From: Laetmonice hystrix
Lineage: Eukaryota
NCBI GenBank assembly: GCA_965235115.1
Contig: OZ249445.1
Span: 17,670,001-17,734,000, forward strand
DNA length: 64,000 bases
Direction of reading: 5' to 3'
Part shown: positions 12,096 through 22,393 of the stretch, piece after piece
Numbering within the stretch: the stretch's first letter is position 1
How the letters are laid out: each line of letters opens with the position of its first letter
Notes under the pieces: generated by a model
What the model was told of the DNA's origin: nothing
Database searches by the model: none
Seen by the model: the letters and a program-made list of their open reading frames with translations, nothing else
Translations under genes and position numbers: made by a program

Positions 12096-12462
12096 TTAAA
12101 GCTGCAGGTGAAATTCCTCAAAAAGTTCACTTTTATCCTCAGCAACACCATGTTAAAATTTCAAGTTTGAGTGATCAGTGAAAGTATACAGAAATGGAGT
12201 TACAATTGGCCATCCTGTGACCTGTTGGACCGAATGGTATCTGCAAGGTGAGGTTTGTAGGGATTGCCCTAAATACGACCATACCGAAAGTACTGCGTCG
12301 GATGTAGGGGAATCCCCTACGAGCCTCACCTCGCAGATAACGTTTGGTCCCAACAGTAGCGGACGGCCAGTTGTAACTTTCACACATCGATCAAGCATCA
12401 AATTTTAACATGGCGTTGCTGAGGGTAAAAGATAACTTTCTGAGGAATTTCTGCAGTTTTAA
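12096..12462. mobile_element. Non-autonomous DNA transposon (MITE), ~359 bp with ~60-bp imperfect TIRs and TTAA on both sides; Kolobok-like termini
   Basis: Left end ttaa|agctgcaggtgaaattcctcaaaaagttcacttttatcctcagcaacaccatgttaaaattt. Right end reverse-complemented: ttaa|aactgcagaaattcctcagaaagttatcttttaccctcagcaacgccatgttaaaattt. No transposase ORF. Confidence 0.75.
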
Positions 12463-13348
12463 TGTGTGACCGATGATCCTGTATCTTGAATTCAGAAAGA
12501 ATCTTTGTGAAGTTAGCCGGAGATTAGTAGATGGTTGATCCTCCTCTACTGGAGGACATGGACACGGCTCCCAGATTTCTCATCACTTTGGATACAATTG
12601 ATTACGATGGCCACAGGCAGCTTAGTTCTCGTTACACCAACCAATTTACAGGCTACAGACAATGAATGGCCAGTAATCTTGTAGAGAAACAAATATTTAA
12701 AACGTAGCAAGATACGTGGACTGTGAGGTAACAGTCACCTGAATCCAGGCCTGATTAAGGCACTGAATTAGCGCCAACTTCAGCGCATGTCTTTAATTTT
12801 ATGTTTCTATTTAAAAGATACTTTGATCTTTGTTTTCCTGAATTCAGGTCCCATTTCTATGGTATGGTTTCCATCAGTGACTTTTTGGCCACTATTAATG
12901 GCACACCAGTCTTCTCTAATACAGGTCAGCAGCCCAGCAGAGGTACTCAAACGATATAATGTTTCTCTTTACAGGAAGATATATTTTATATTTTGTACCT
13001 TTGTAACTTAAGTCAGAGAAACTAACCAATAATTTTTGTTGCAGTGTTCAGGCCAAAAACAATTTTCTTCTAATTTAAGTGTGATTTTGAGTTGTGCACC
13101 AAATCTTTTATCAAATAGTTTCCGATAGTTTTGGTGACTTACTCAGTTTTCTATTGGATATGCTGGTTAGTAAGACTTTAATTCATTTGCAGAATAAGGC
13201 AGACATAATATTTATCTTGTTTTCAATGAAATGCCCTATTTCTCAACCATCTGGCAATTAATGCATATACCTATCATTAAGTGGTTAGTACATGTGTTAA
13301 TGCATAGATGGCGCTGATTTGAGCACATGCACATGTATGGGTTCGCAG

Positions 13349-14140
13349 GCTGTACCTCCCGTAGCCACACATTCTGACGTCACCCACACAACTAACACCA
13401 CAACGGAGGCGACTATCTCGTACTCACCAGCATCACCTGATTCGGATGCTGAACAGGACGAAAAAGACGAGGCGGATACGAACCGTGAAGAAGATCACAC
13501 AGCACGAACCAGTCTGTCCCTGTCGGCATCGGGCTCGCCTCCGAGCGAGAGGCACAGTACAGCCGAGGCTGCGTACGAAGACATGCTGGCTGATTTTGGG
13601 GAAGCCCAGGCGCCCCGAGCAGAAATGGAGGACGCCGAGTTTGATCTGTCTCCAATGGCACAGATTACACAACTGGAGATGATGGTTGCACGCCACTCGG
13701 CTCAACTCGACGAAGAACAAGATCGCATCGATGAAGAACGCGAACGAATTCTAAACGAACAACACCGGCCTGGTTTTGGTCCAAGTCAACCTGAACCTTC
13801 CAAAGAACCAGAGAGAGAGGACAATGAAGGAAAAGCCAAAGAAACACCAAGTCCAGAACCTGAACGGTTCCGGGCCCCAGGACCAGAGATTGAATCCGAC
13901 CTGGAGGCCGAGATCGAGCCCGAGACAGATTCCGAGCCCGAACCCGAGCCCGAGCTGAAAACACACGGTAGGGAACCAGCAAGAGAGCCCAGTCCCGAAC
14001 CTGACATTGCTCAATCCAGTCCCGAACCCGTGGTGGAGCGTGAACCGTCACCGAAACCAGAACCTACGTACACCTCAGTGTACAAGTACAGCAGGGAACC
14101 AGCCAAGGAAGCCGAACCCATGTCAAGGACCTACAAGCCG
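13349..14140 (+). CDS. Exon of the large LIM-domain gene: acidic, E/P-rich disordered segment (792 nt, phase 0-0)
   Basis: Lies within ORF 13319..14263. Acceptor ttcgcag|GCT and donor CCG|gtatgt. Contains EPSPEP/EPEPEP low-complexity motifs; the ORF tail after the donor looks intronic. Confidence 0.8.
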
Positions 14141-16526
14141 GTATGTCTTGATGCAAGGCGTCAACCTCGCAATCAGCTGGATGTAGTTTTCTCACTCCAA
14201 GTCTTTTCTCTCTTTTATTTGGTCTGCTCTCTGCTTCTTGATGTCAACAATCAGCAAATGTGAAGGCGATTACACATACTTTAGCCAGCAAGTTATCCAG
14301 AGTATATTATTTCTGTGGATCAAACTTCTTTGAAAACATAACTGTATAACAATATATTGATTATTTTAATGTGTCATAATCCTGAATGAAGAATACAATG
14401 TCGAAATCTGTTTTCCGTTATCAGAGCGATAGCGTCTACATAAGAGTAGTTTATGTTTACATAAGAGTAGATTATACTTAGATTTCAATTATATTGCTGG
14501 CTAAGAGTTTGTGTGTTCTACTTGTTGTTTGTACTGTTTTGTGCCGTCTGTCCCGTGATGTTTTAGTCTGTTGCTTCGCCATTTTGCCAGCAATTGGGGC
14601 AAATCTTGCTTCTTTTGTTGCCAATGGAGAAAAGTTCTATCTTGTTTTTTTACGATATTGTAGATTAATTATTGGAGATCATGTTGTGAGAATCCAGAGC
14701 CGTTTCTGTTGTTGTTCTGTTATTGTACAACAATCAGATTTATTGATAAAAATTTATTTCTCTTTTAGGTGACTTAAATTTGTTTTCAGTTTTGCGTTAA
14801 AGATGGGATAAATAGTTCATTTATTTGTACTATTTTGAACTGATTTATTTGTACAATTTGCTTTGTACGGTACTCTATGGCAGCTTTAAACGATTTCCTT
14901 ATTTTTGTTACTTTTCTACAGCGTATTGTCTGTTTCAGTCAGTAGTCAATATTTTAATAGTGCTAAGTCTGCTTTTGTTTGATTTCACGGTGAGAAAAGC
15001 AATTCGTGCCCTTACACCTTGGTCCTTATGTTTGAGTACCTGTCAGTTTTCTGTGTGCACTGTGGGCCTCAATCAAAGTGGCGAGACTGGATTACAAATG
15101 ACAGCTTTGCATCCTGTCATCCTTAATCCATCAACGCACATTGTAAATGAGCATTTGATTCAGGCGGTTTTTTCTCAGCATTTATACACTGCATTCTAAT
15201 TAAAATGATTCTTCTTCCTTTGGGTATTGCATGAGCGTGTACGTTATAGTTGTATACCTGTGGTCTTGAATGTTGTATGTACTTGGATCTGTTTTAAATG
15301 TTATGGTATCTAATTTGGTACATTATACATAATGCACTTTATCTTATATAAGTATATTTTTGCCCTTGTTTGATTTTCGTCATTGCGATGCATAATGAGA
15401 AGCTATTGTTTAATGTTATGACTGTAAGTTTAACAATATTATGTTCTAAGTATGTCACATGGTTACTTGATGGCATGAAATGAGTTGGACCAGAATAAGT
15501 CATTATTCAGAAAATAACTTGAAATGATATGAATGTATTTACATGTTTGTTGATGATCTCCATATGGTTCCACTCAATTAACTAAAAGCTCTGTTACCTT
15601 GTTACGATGTCATTTACTTGTCTTGACTGAGAAGCATTTTGAATCATGTATTGGATTGTCAATATCATTTTTCACCCACTTTCTTCCACTGTGGTGAGGT
15701 TGTTGGGTAGATTTCCTGATGTTTGACTCTTCGTTAGTTCCTAGACCCGGGGCCAATGCCCCCCTCAGGGATGTCTGACTGGACCATTCACCGCCAAATG
15801 GTTACAACAACCTCGAGTGGAAAGGTAGAGAAAGAAGAATTGACCCCAGGTTGACCTTGATATGTGTCCTTGACATTGACGCCCGTGTGACCTTGTAGAT
15901 CCAGATAAGACACAGTTTCAGTGTAGGGTCAGTGTGCGGGTGCCCAGTTGACCTAATTTTGACATCCGTGAGTGACCCTAGTTTGACCTTGCCCACAGGT
16001 GTGACCTTGGTGTAGCTGGAGGTTCTGTCAGTGCTCGGTGGTCACAATGTCTGAGAGTTCTCCTCCTCCACCCTTGATTTTGTAAGCTCAGTATGACCTT
16101 GGGTTGACCTTGTTGATTTTGGTGTCGTCCCGTCCACCTGGTGGTTTGGATCTATGTGGAACTCACTAACCTAAGGCAGCGGTACATTGAGTGGAACTTG
16201 GTTGTTTTCTCTGAGATTGGTTTGTGTGAACCAAAGGAAGAAAAGTTTTTGAAGTGGTCTCTTGCATTTTTATGCGTTTGTTTCTGTTGGTTAACCCCTT
16301 TTCCCGAAGAAAATGGCATCCAAAATCTAGGTCCTATATTTGTTGAAAGTGTGCTTGATTGGGGTGCTGGGTTTTTCTGGGTTGATTTTGTCAGTGTTCA
16401 AGGAAGTGTGATTTTTGTTGCAGCCGGGAGCGTGATCAAAATTAAAGGGACCGTTTTCATGTTGTGTCGATCTCTATGACAACCTGTGACGGTTTTTACT
16501 GACGTATTGTTGTGTTCGTGCTACAG

Positions 16527-16640
16527 CAGGTTGCGCCACCCGTTGTCACAACAACAACAACAAAAAAAGGGAAGGGCGGGAAAGCCAAGAAGGTCACCAA
16601 AAAGGTGGTAAAAAGCGCCGCCGAGCCACAACGTGTCCAG
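16527..16640 (+). CDS. Exon of the large gene: T/K-rich segment (114 nt, phase 0-0), NAGNAG acceptor
   Basis: ctacag|cag|gtt acceptor and CAG|gtagag donor. Translates QVAPPVVTTTTTKKGKGGKAKKVTKKVVKSAAEPQRVQ. Confidence 0.65.
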
Positions 16641-18597
16641 GTAGAGGTTCTCGCACAACAAAGGAGGCATTTGGCCCCTTGACTATTGCACTTTGTGTGG
16701 TTTGATGCGCTCGCGACATGCACACCTGCAGTTGTTAGCAGTTGTAGTGGCTGGTATCATACATTGTTGGTTAATGTATGATAAGAGCCCATCTCATACA
16801 GTTTGTTAATAATGTTGACATATTACTACATCATGAATGACATGTTTCTACTAAGTCACCATCCATCCATCCATCCATTCACACAGGTCATCATCATACA
16901 ACCCTGCTTGTTCCTTTAAATTCCCCAAACGTCAACTCGATGCGCGCATCTGTCTCATCAGCAGTATCAATGCAGCAGTTCCGTTTGAATGATCTTTCCT
17001 TCCCTTTAATGATTTTCAGGACTCAAAGACTGAGTCTTCGCCAACTCAACACGAGGTAACTTGTTGTGTGTTTCATCCCGCCATCATAGCACATTACCGT
17101 ACCAGGTTAAGAGTGTATACAGAGCTTACCTAGATGAGAAACCACCTTCCCGTTTTTACATGCAGCCACCACCATCATTATTCATCTGCAAGTTTTATTC
17201 TCAGATTTTTGACACACTCATGTTAGACATGTTCATTAATACTTACTTATCATCACAATTTTTTGCGGCTTCTGAAAACCTTGTTTCACACATGTTTACG
17301 GTTGTTGATAAATTCCCCTCGTCACACACACAGTCCTTGCTGCAGAGCACTGTTTGTCCTTGTTCACCGTTTGAAATAAGTTCCTTCCACCTGAGAGTAA
17401 TCTAAGGGGAGGTTCACAAAGTACCAGACAAAATGGCCGCTACTGTGTAGGCCGGATTGTGGGCAAGGGAAGTGGTTATAAACCATGCTGTCATCTATCT
17501 CTCCTACCCCACACTGACGGCAGGGCTAGGCCAGGCCAGTCGGCGGCTGTGGAGAAACGCCGACTCAGCAGTTCTATCAAGAAATGTAAATCTTGCCCTC
17601 GTACTCGTACCGATGACCTTGTGCTATTTCGGCCCTCGTAAAATTTGGAATGTACGAATTAGTTTTCTCCATAAAAAAATTGCATGACCCCGATTGGAAA
17701 ATATTCTAAGTGGTCAGTGGTTTAAAAAAGGATAATATACACTTGACCCAGTACTAAAAAAGATCTTTCATTTTTTTTTTTTGGAATTATCGTTTTCTCC
17801 CTTTTTTTTGTTCTGATACCCAGAAAATATTTTGAAGTGAAAGCAACCCTTCTGGCCGCCACCTTGTCCATGTGGTTTGAACTCTTTGTCTAACTATCAA
17901 ATTGTTTGTTTGGTTACGTTGATCATATGTTGCGTTGTGCGTTCATCTTCTGTTATTTCTTTTGTTTGACATTTTATATTGAATTTCAAACTAATATAAT
18001 GGAGACATATGTATTCATTTACAATTTGAATTATTTATTCTCATTTTATTGTCATATTGCCATACCAAAAGATGTGTTTTGTGAATGTTATGACCTAGTT
18101 CATACCAGGTCATAACATATGCTATCATATTTCACGTCACTGTCGTATTGAAATGGCTTTCCATTGTTTGCTTATATCTCCCTATGTTCCTTACCTGTAG
18201 GATGGGTATAGAGTAAGCCCCCCCCCCTTGTATATAAAGGTGCTTTAACTACAGCTTTCCCCAGGATACCTCTGATAGAATCAGGAAATGTTACTGGGGA
18301 CAGGGACATTATAGACACATTTGTGTGCAGCCCTTACATATTCCACATTTTAATTCTCTATCAGAGTCGCCAGGCTAGATGTATTCAATTAAACACAATC
18401 GTATAAGGCATTGGCCGTGCAGAATCATTTGTGACCATTGCTCTTGAACACGTTTTTGAATTATGTCCTTCCCTGTCCATGGTATGTCACAGTAGCTTTA
18501 CATCACAATACAATATTGGATTTCTTTCTGAAGCTACTTAGCCGATTATATCACTAATCTTCCAACTAATTCCTCTTCCTCTGATCTGTTTATGCAG

Positions 18598-19386
18598 CCC
18601 GATGGACATAAAGCCTCTACTCTATCTCCTACCCCTTCATTATACACAAACACACACTCTTTTGACATCACAACAAATAATATGACGTCACCACACGAGG
18701 CCAGTGTGACGTCATCAGTATTAGGGCAGGATGGCAGTTCGGCTGCCGTGAGCTCAGTCCATTGGGTGGAAAACATTCCTCCAGTAACTGAGGCTGGAGG
18801 AGAACTAATGTACAGCCTGGAGACCGTGTCCCACACTACCGAACCTGTTCAGTACAACATGGCCAGTTGTTTGAGCCAGGAGGTGTTGGTGGGGGATAGA
18901 CAACCACCTCTGTCTCCATTGAAAGAATCACCATGTGATTCTGATACTGGTGGTCAGGTTGAGGAGAGTCCAGCCAAGCCATTGTTAAGCCCTTGGAATG
19001 ACTTTGAAATCCCCTCCACAGATGACGTTGTTCTAGAGAATTCCAACCCTGTCAAAGTAGACGGAGGATTATCCGATTCCGATCCTTGGAAAACGTTCAC
19101 AATTCCATCAACTGACGAGTTTGATCATCTCGCTTCAAATCTGAATACAGAATCTCAAAACAGTTCGCTTGGTGCTGAAGATATGTCAAAGGTTATCTCC
19201 TGTGTGGAGATAGACAAAACTAAACAGAAGGATACCACTTCCAAGGTTGGTGACCATAGCCCCAGTGTAACTAATCTGAGATCAGCGTGGGAACCCACAT
19301 CTACACAAACACAGAAAACACATACACACACTCAACATATTACTTCATCAACAGGCACGCCCGCTCTGCCATTAAAACATGAAAAG
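18598..19386 (+). CDS. Exon of the large gene: S/T/D/E-rich disordered segment (789 nt, phase 0-0; alternative phase-0 donor at 19245)
   Basis: Lies within ORF 18592..19404. Pyrimidine-rich acceptor ...ctgtttatgcag|CCC; donors AAG|gtacat (19386) or AAG|gttggt (19245). Confidence 0.7.
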
Positions 19387-20054
19387 GTACATATTTTTCA
19401 TTGAAGCTTTTGAAACATAGACGCCATAGACGTGCATGCTTTATTATTATGATTCCGCATAACGAGATAGACACAATCAAGTTTTACTGCTTCTGTCAAA
19501 TAAGAAAACCGTTTTTGTTTTCTGTCAATAGAATTAAATAATGCTGTAACAAATAAGTTCCTTGTGTGATAAACAGGTGCCTAGTTAATAAGTAATTGTC
19601 ATCACTGAAGTAATTCTTGCAACTACTTTCTCCCATGTGAAAATGGAATACATGTAGACTTTCTAGTCGTTATAATATAAACTATCATATGAAATATGTT
19701 AATAGAAAAGCTCAAATGATAACAATGTATCATTATTTCCCAGAAATTTGGTATTTTCCCATAAAATACTAACGCTTCTTTGGTAGTTACTTGTAAAGGC
19801 CTTTGTAAAATGCTTATTACAAATAATAATATGTGAACATTCGTTTTTCAAGCCTTTAGCTGTAATGTAGTGTAAATTTGATTTCGCTGCCGTTCAGATA
19901 TATTTTGCCTAATTGCATATTTATTCTAAAGCAGTAAATACTAAATGTAATTAATTATTTATCGGAGAAACTACTTAACTGATTGAGAATAGGATTATGT
20001 GGTAGAGGTATTCGTAATAGATTGATTTTGATTTAAATAATGGCGGTGTGACAG

Positions 20055-20168
20055 TCTGCCATCAAAGTGCCTGTGTTGGACTTTCCACGGAGCGGCCCTC
20101 TCCGGCCCCCGCCAAAGTCGCCTGTCAATCTGACTGACAGCTGTCAATCACCCACAGCTCAGACAAAG
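20055..20168 (+). CDS. Short symmetric exon A (SAIKVPVLDFPRSGPLRPPPKSP...AQTK)
   Basis: gtgacag|TCT acceptor and AAG|gtagac donor; 114 nt, phase 0-0. Shares a motif with the exons at 21502 and 22274. Confidence 0.6.
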
Positions 20169-21091
20169 GTAGACCTATTATTATATCCTAGACGTAAGCC
20201 ACCGTGTGTGCCAGCAAAATATACGGTCTTGTTCACACTTCACCGCCTCTTTTCAACATTTCCACTCGCTGAGATTTCTCTTTTCACACTTGGAGCCCAG
20301 TCTTTTTAGCTTGAGTGACATGCGGTGAAAACTTAATGATTCAGCATTAAATAGCCACAGCAAGATCGTATTCTTCATGTGCATTGACAGTATGACCTTA
20401 CACAATCTGAGTTACATCTGAAACAACACTTTAACAGATTGTCCATGTTAATGTAGCCAATCTATGAATACAAGACGGCATGCATACCTGACCACATACT
20501 CGGTCAGTGATTGTGGCTAAGATTGTCATGATGTTGTGTACCTATCATAAGGATTGTTAAACCTATTCTTTATAATGTACATGGAAGACCTGACTCAGCT
20601 AGGTGACCCGGAACCAATGACCCCTGCCGTGACCCTATACCAGATGTACATACCTCATACCCTGGCAGACAGATCTTTCTCCTCCTCCCTACCTGCTCAG
20701 TGTCTCACCTTCCACTCCTGGCAGTATGACCTTTACAACACAATTACCTGGTCTCATCTTCTTGCAGTATTCCAAGTGGAAGGGAGTGTCTCTTTACTTC
20801 AATACATCCAAGGCAAACAAATCATTACATGTATTATGTAGATGATTGCATCATGTTTCTATTGTCTCTGAAAAAAATTCTTTTTTTTAAATGGTAACCT
20901 TTATGAATATATGCGGCTATATGTTATGTAGATTATTGTCTGACCTAGTTTCGGTCAGCTTATGCTTCCGTAGGGAGGACGTGTGTATGTGTTATCATAC
21001 CTAGCCCCAGGCTTTGTATATGTTGGTGGGTAGAGGCTGGAGATTCTGCTGGTTTAGCATAAGTATATCATCCTGACTTATACCAGTGGTG

Positions 21092-21113
21092 ATGTTTGGT
21101 ATGTGTGCTGATG
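21092..21113 (+). CDS. Candidate alternative first exon or micro-exon (MFGMCAD, phase-1 donor)
   Basis: Strong donor GATG|gtgagt. It ends in the same GCTGATG as the candidate start exon at 27494. A possible acceptor at 21086 would instead give a 27-nt phase 1-1 exon. Confidence 0.35.
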
Positions 21114-21501
21114 GTGAGTACCTTGCCCAGTCCCCCCCCCCCTCCCAGACGTACGTACCCCCCCCCCCCCACCCCCCACTTCATACTTCACCGAGCGGTT
21201 CCTATTACCCCTGCTTGCACAATGCCTTCATCCTAGAAAATAAGTTTTCTCTACGTCCAAACTTGCAATTACCTCTCCATTAGTTGGTGCCCTGCCCCTT
21301 ACCCGACCCCCCTTGGAAAAAAATACTGGACCGGTGTGTGCCGATTATGTCAAGGCCTCCAGGTTGGTGGTGGTGTAGGCCTCCTCCCGGGAGCGGCCAT
21401 GTTGTGTGTGTGTTTGTGTGTCGGTCCGTTCACACAGGCCGCCTCCGTCTGTCCGTCCGTACGTACGTACTAACAGCTCTCACACCTTTCTGTGGCGGTA
21501 G

Positions 21502-21654
21502 TCTGCTGACGGCGGTTGTCCCAGGCTCTCGTTCCCCCACAGCGGTCCCCTCAGGCCCCCTACCTCTCGGCCGTGGTCAGCAAGAGTACCGCTGTCAATA
21601 CCATCATCAGCACCATCTTCTACATCAGCAGCAGCCTCTGCAGCAGCAGCAAAG
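21502..21654 (+). CDS. Short symmetric exon B (SADGGCPRLSFPHSGPLRPPTSRPW...SAAAAK)
   Basis: TACTAAC branch-point-like motif ~27 nt upstream, acceptor ggtag|TCT and donor AAG|gtaaac; 153 nt, phase 0-0. This frame is not in the ORF track. Confidence 0.65.
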
Positions 21655-22273
21655 GTAAACCACACATAGACACTCCAACACGAGCTGCATTTATTTCTAC
21701 AAATATATTGAAATATCTAAATCAATAGGTCAAAAGCAAGGATCCATTAGGGGGTTTAGATTTAGGGGGATAAGAAAAGAAAAAGAAACTTCGGTTCAGG
21801 GTGATCATCCATTTGAAGAGCATTAGGTTAGTCCGGGAGGTGTTTGACCACTTCCTGGAGTCTACCAGATGCTGAGTACAAAGATGCAGGCGGGCAAGTC
21901 TCCCCTGTTTTGCCAGATTGCAGCTTTCAGCTCCATAAGAGAGACAGGGCACGCACACATTCACACACGCACATGGGGGGGGGGGGGGGTAGGGGGAGGA
22001 GCCAGTAGGTTTCTCCAAAATCCCTGCCTCAGCAGCAGGATGAGGAGCCGTTGTGTACGTATGTGTGGGTGTGTGAGTGCGTGCGTGGCTGGCTGGGCCG
22101 GCGGCTGACGGCGGCGGGGCGGACCCAGCCAGTGTAGGCCGGCCCTCAGACAAACTCTCAGCCGATCTCCTACTCTCCGTCCTACCTCGGCCAACTTACC
22201 ATCCTCTCTCCACCACCGTCTCTCTTGTGTGTGTGTCTGTGTCGGATCCGGATCCGTTTCGTCTCGTCTCCAG

Positions 22274-22393
22274 GTCAGCACATCCAGTTTTCAGTCTCCC
22301 CCTCAACCCCCCTTGTGTTTCCCGGCTCTCAGACCCCCCGGGCCGAGGACCAGTGGTCAGAGGTCCTCTGGGCCAGCCTTAGGTCGGGCAGAG
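22274..22393 (+). CDS. Short symmetric exon C (VSTSSFQSPPQPPLCFPALRPPGPR...GRAE)
   Basis: Pyrimidine-rich acceptor tttcgtctcgtctccag|GTC and donor GAG|gtagat; 120 nt, phase 0-0. Confidence 0.55.

Noticed and set aside
12153-12408. Three overlapping 70-82 aa ORFs inside the MITE
   Set aside because: No transposase motifs, and they are of chance length.
17459-17641. Possible exon SAAVEKRRLSSSIKK with donor at ~17586
   Set aside because: The donor (AAAT|gtaaat) and acceptor choices are ambiguous, and the phase does not fit the neighbouring 0-0 exons.
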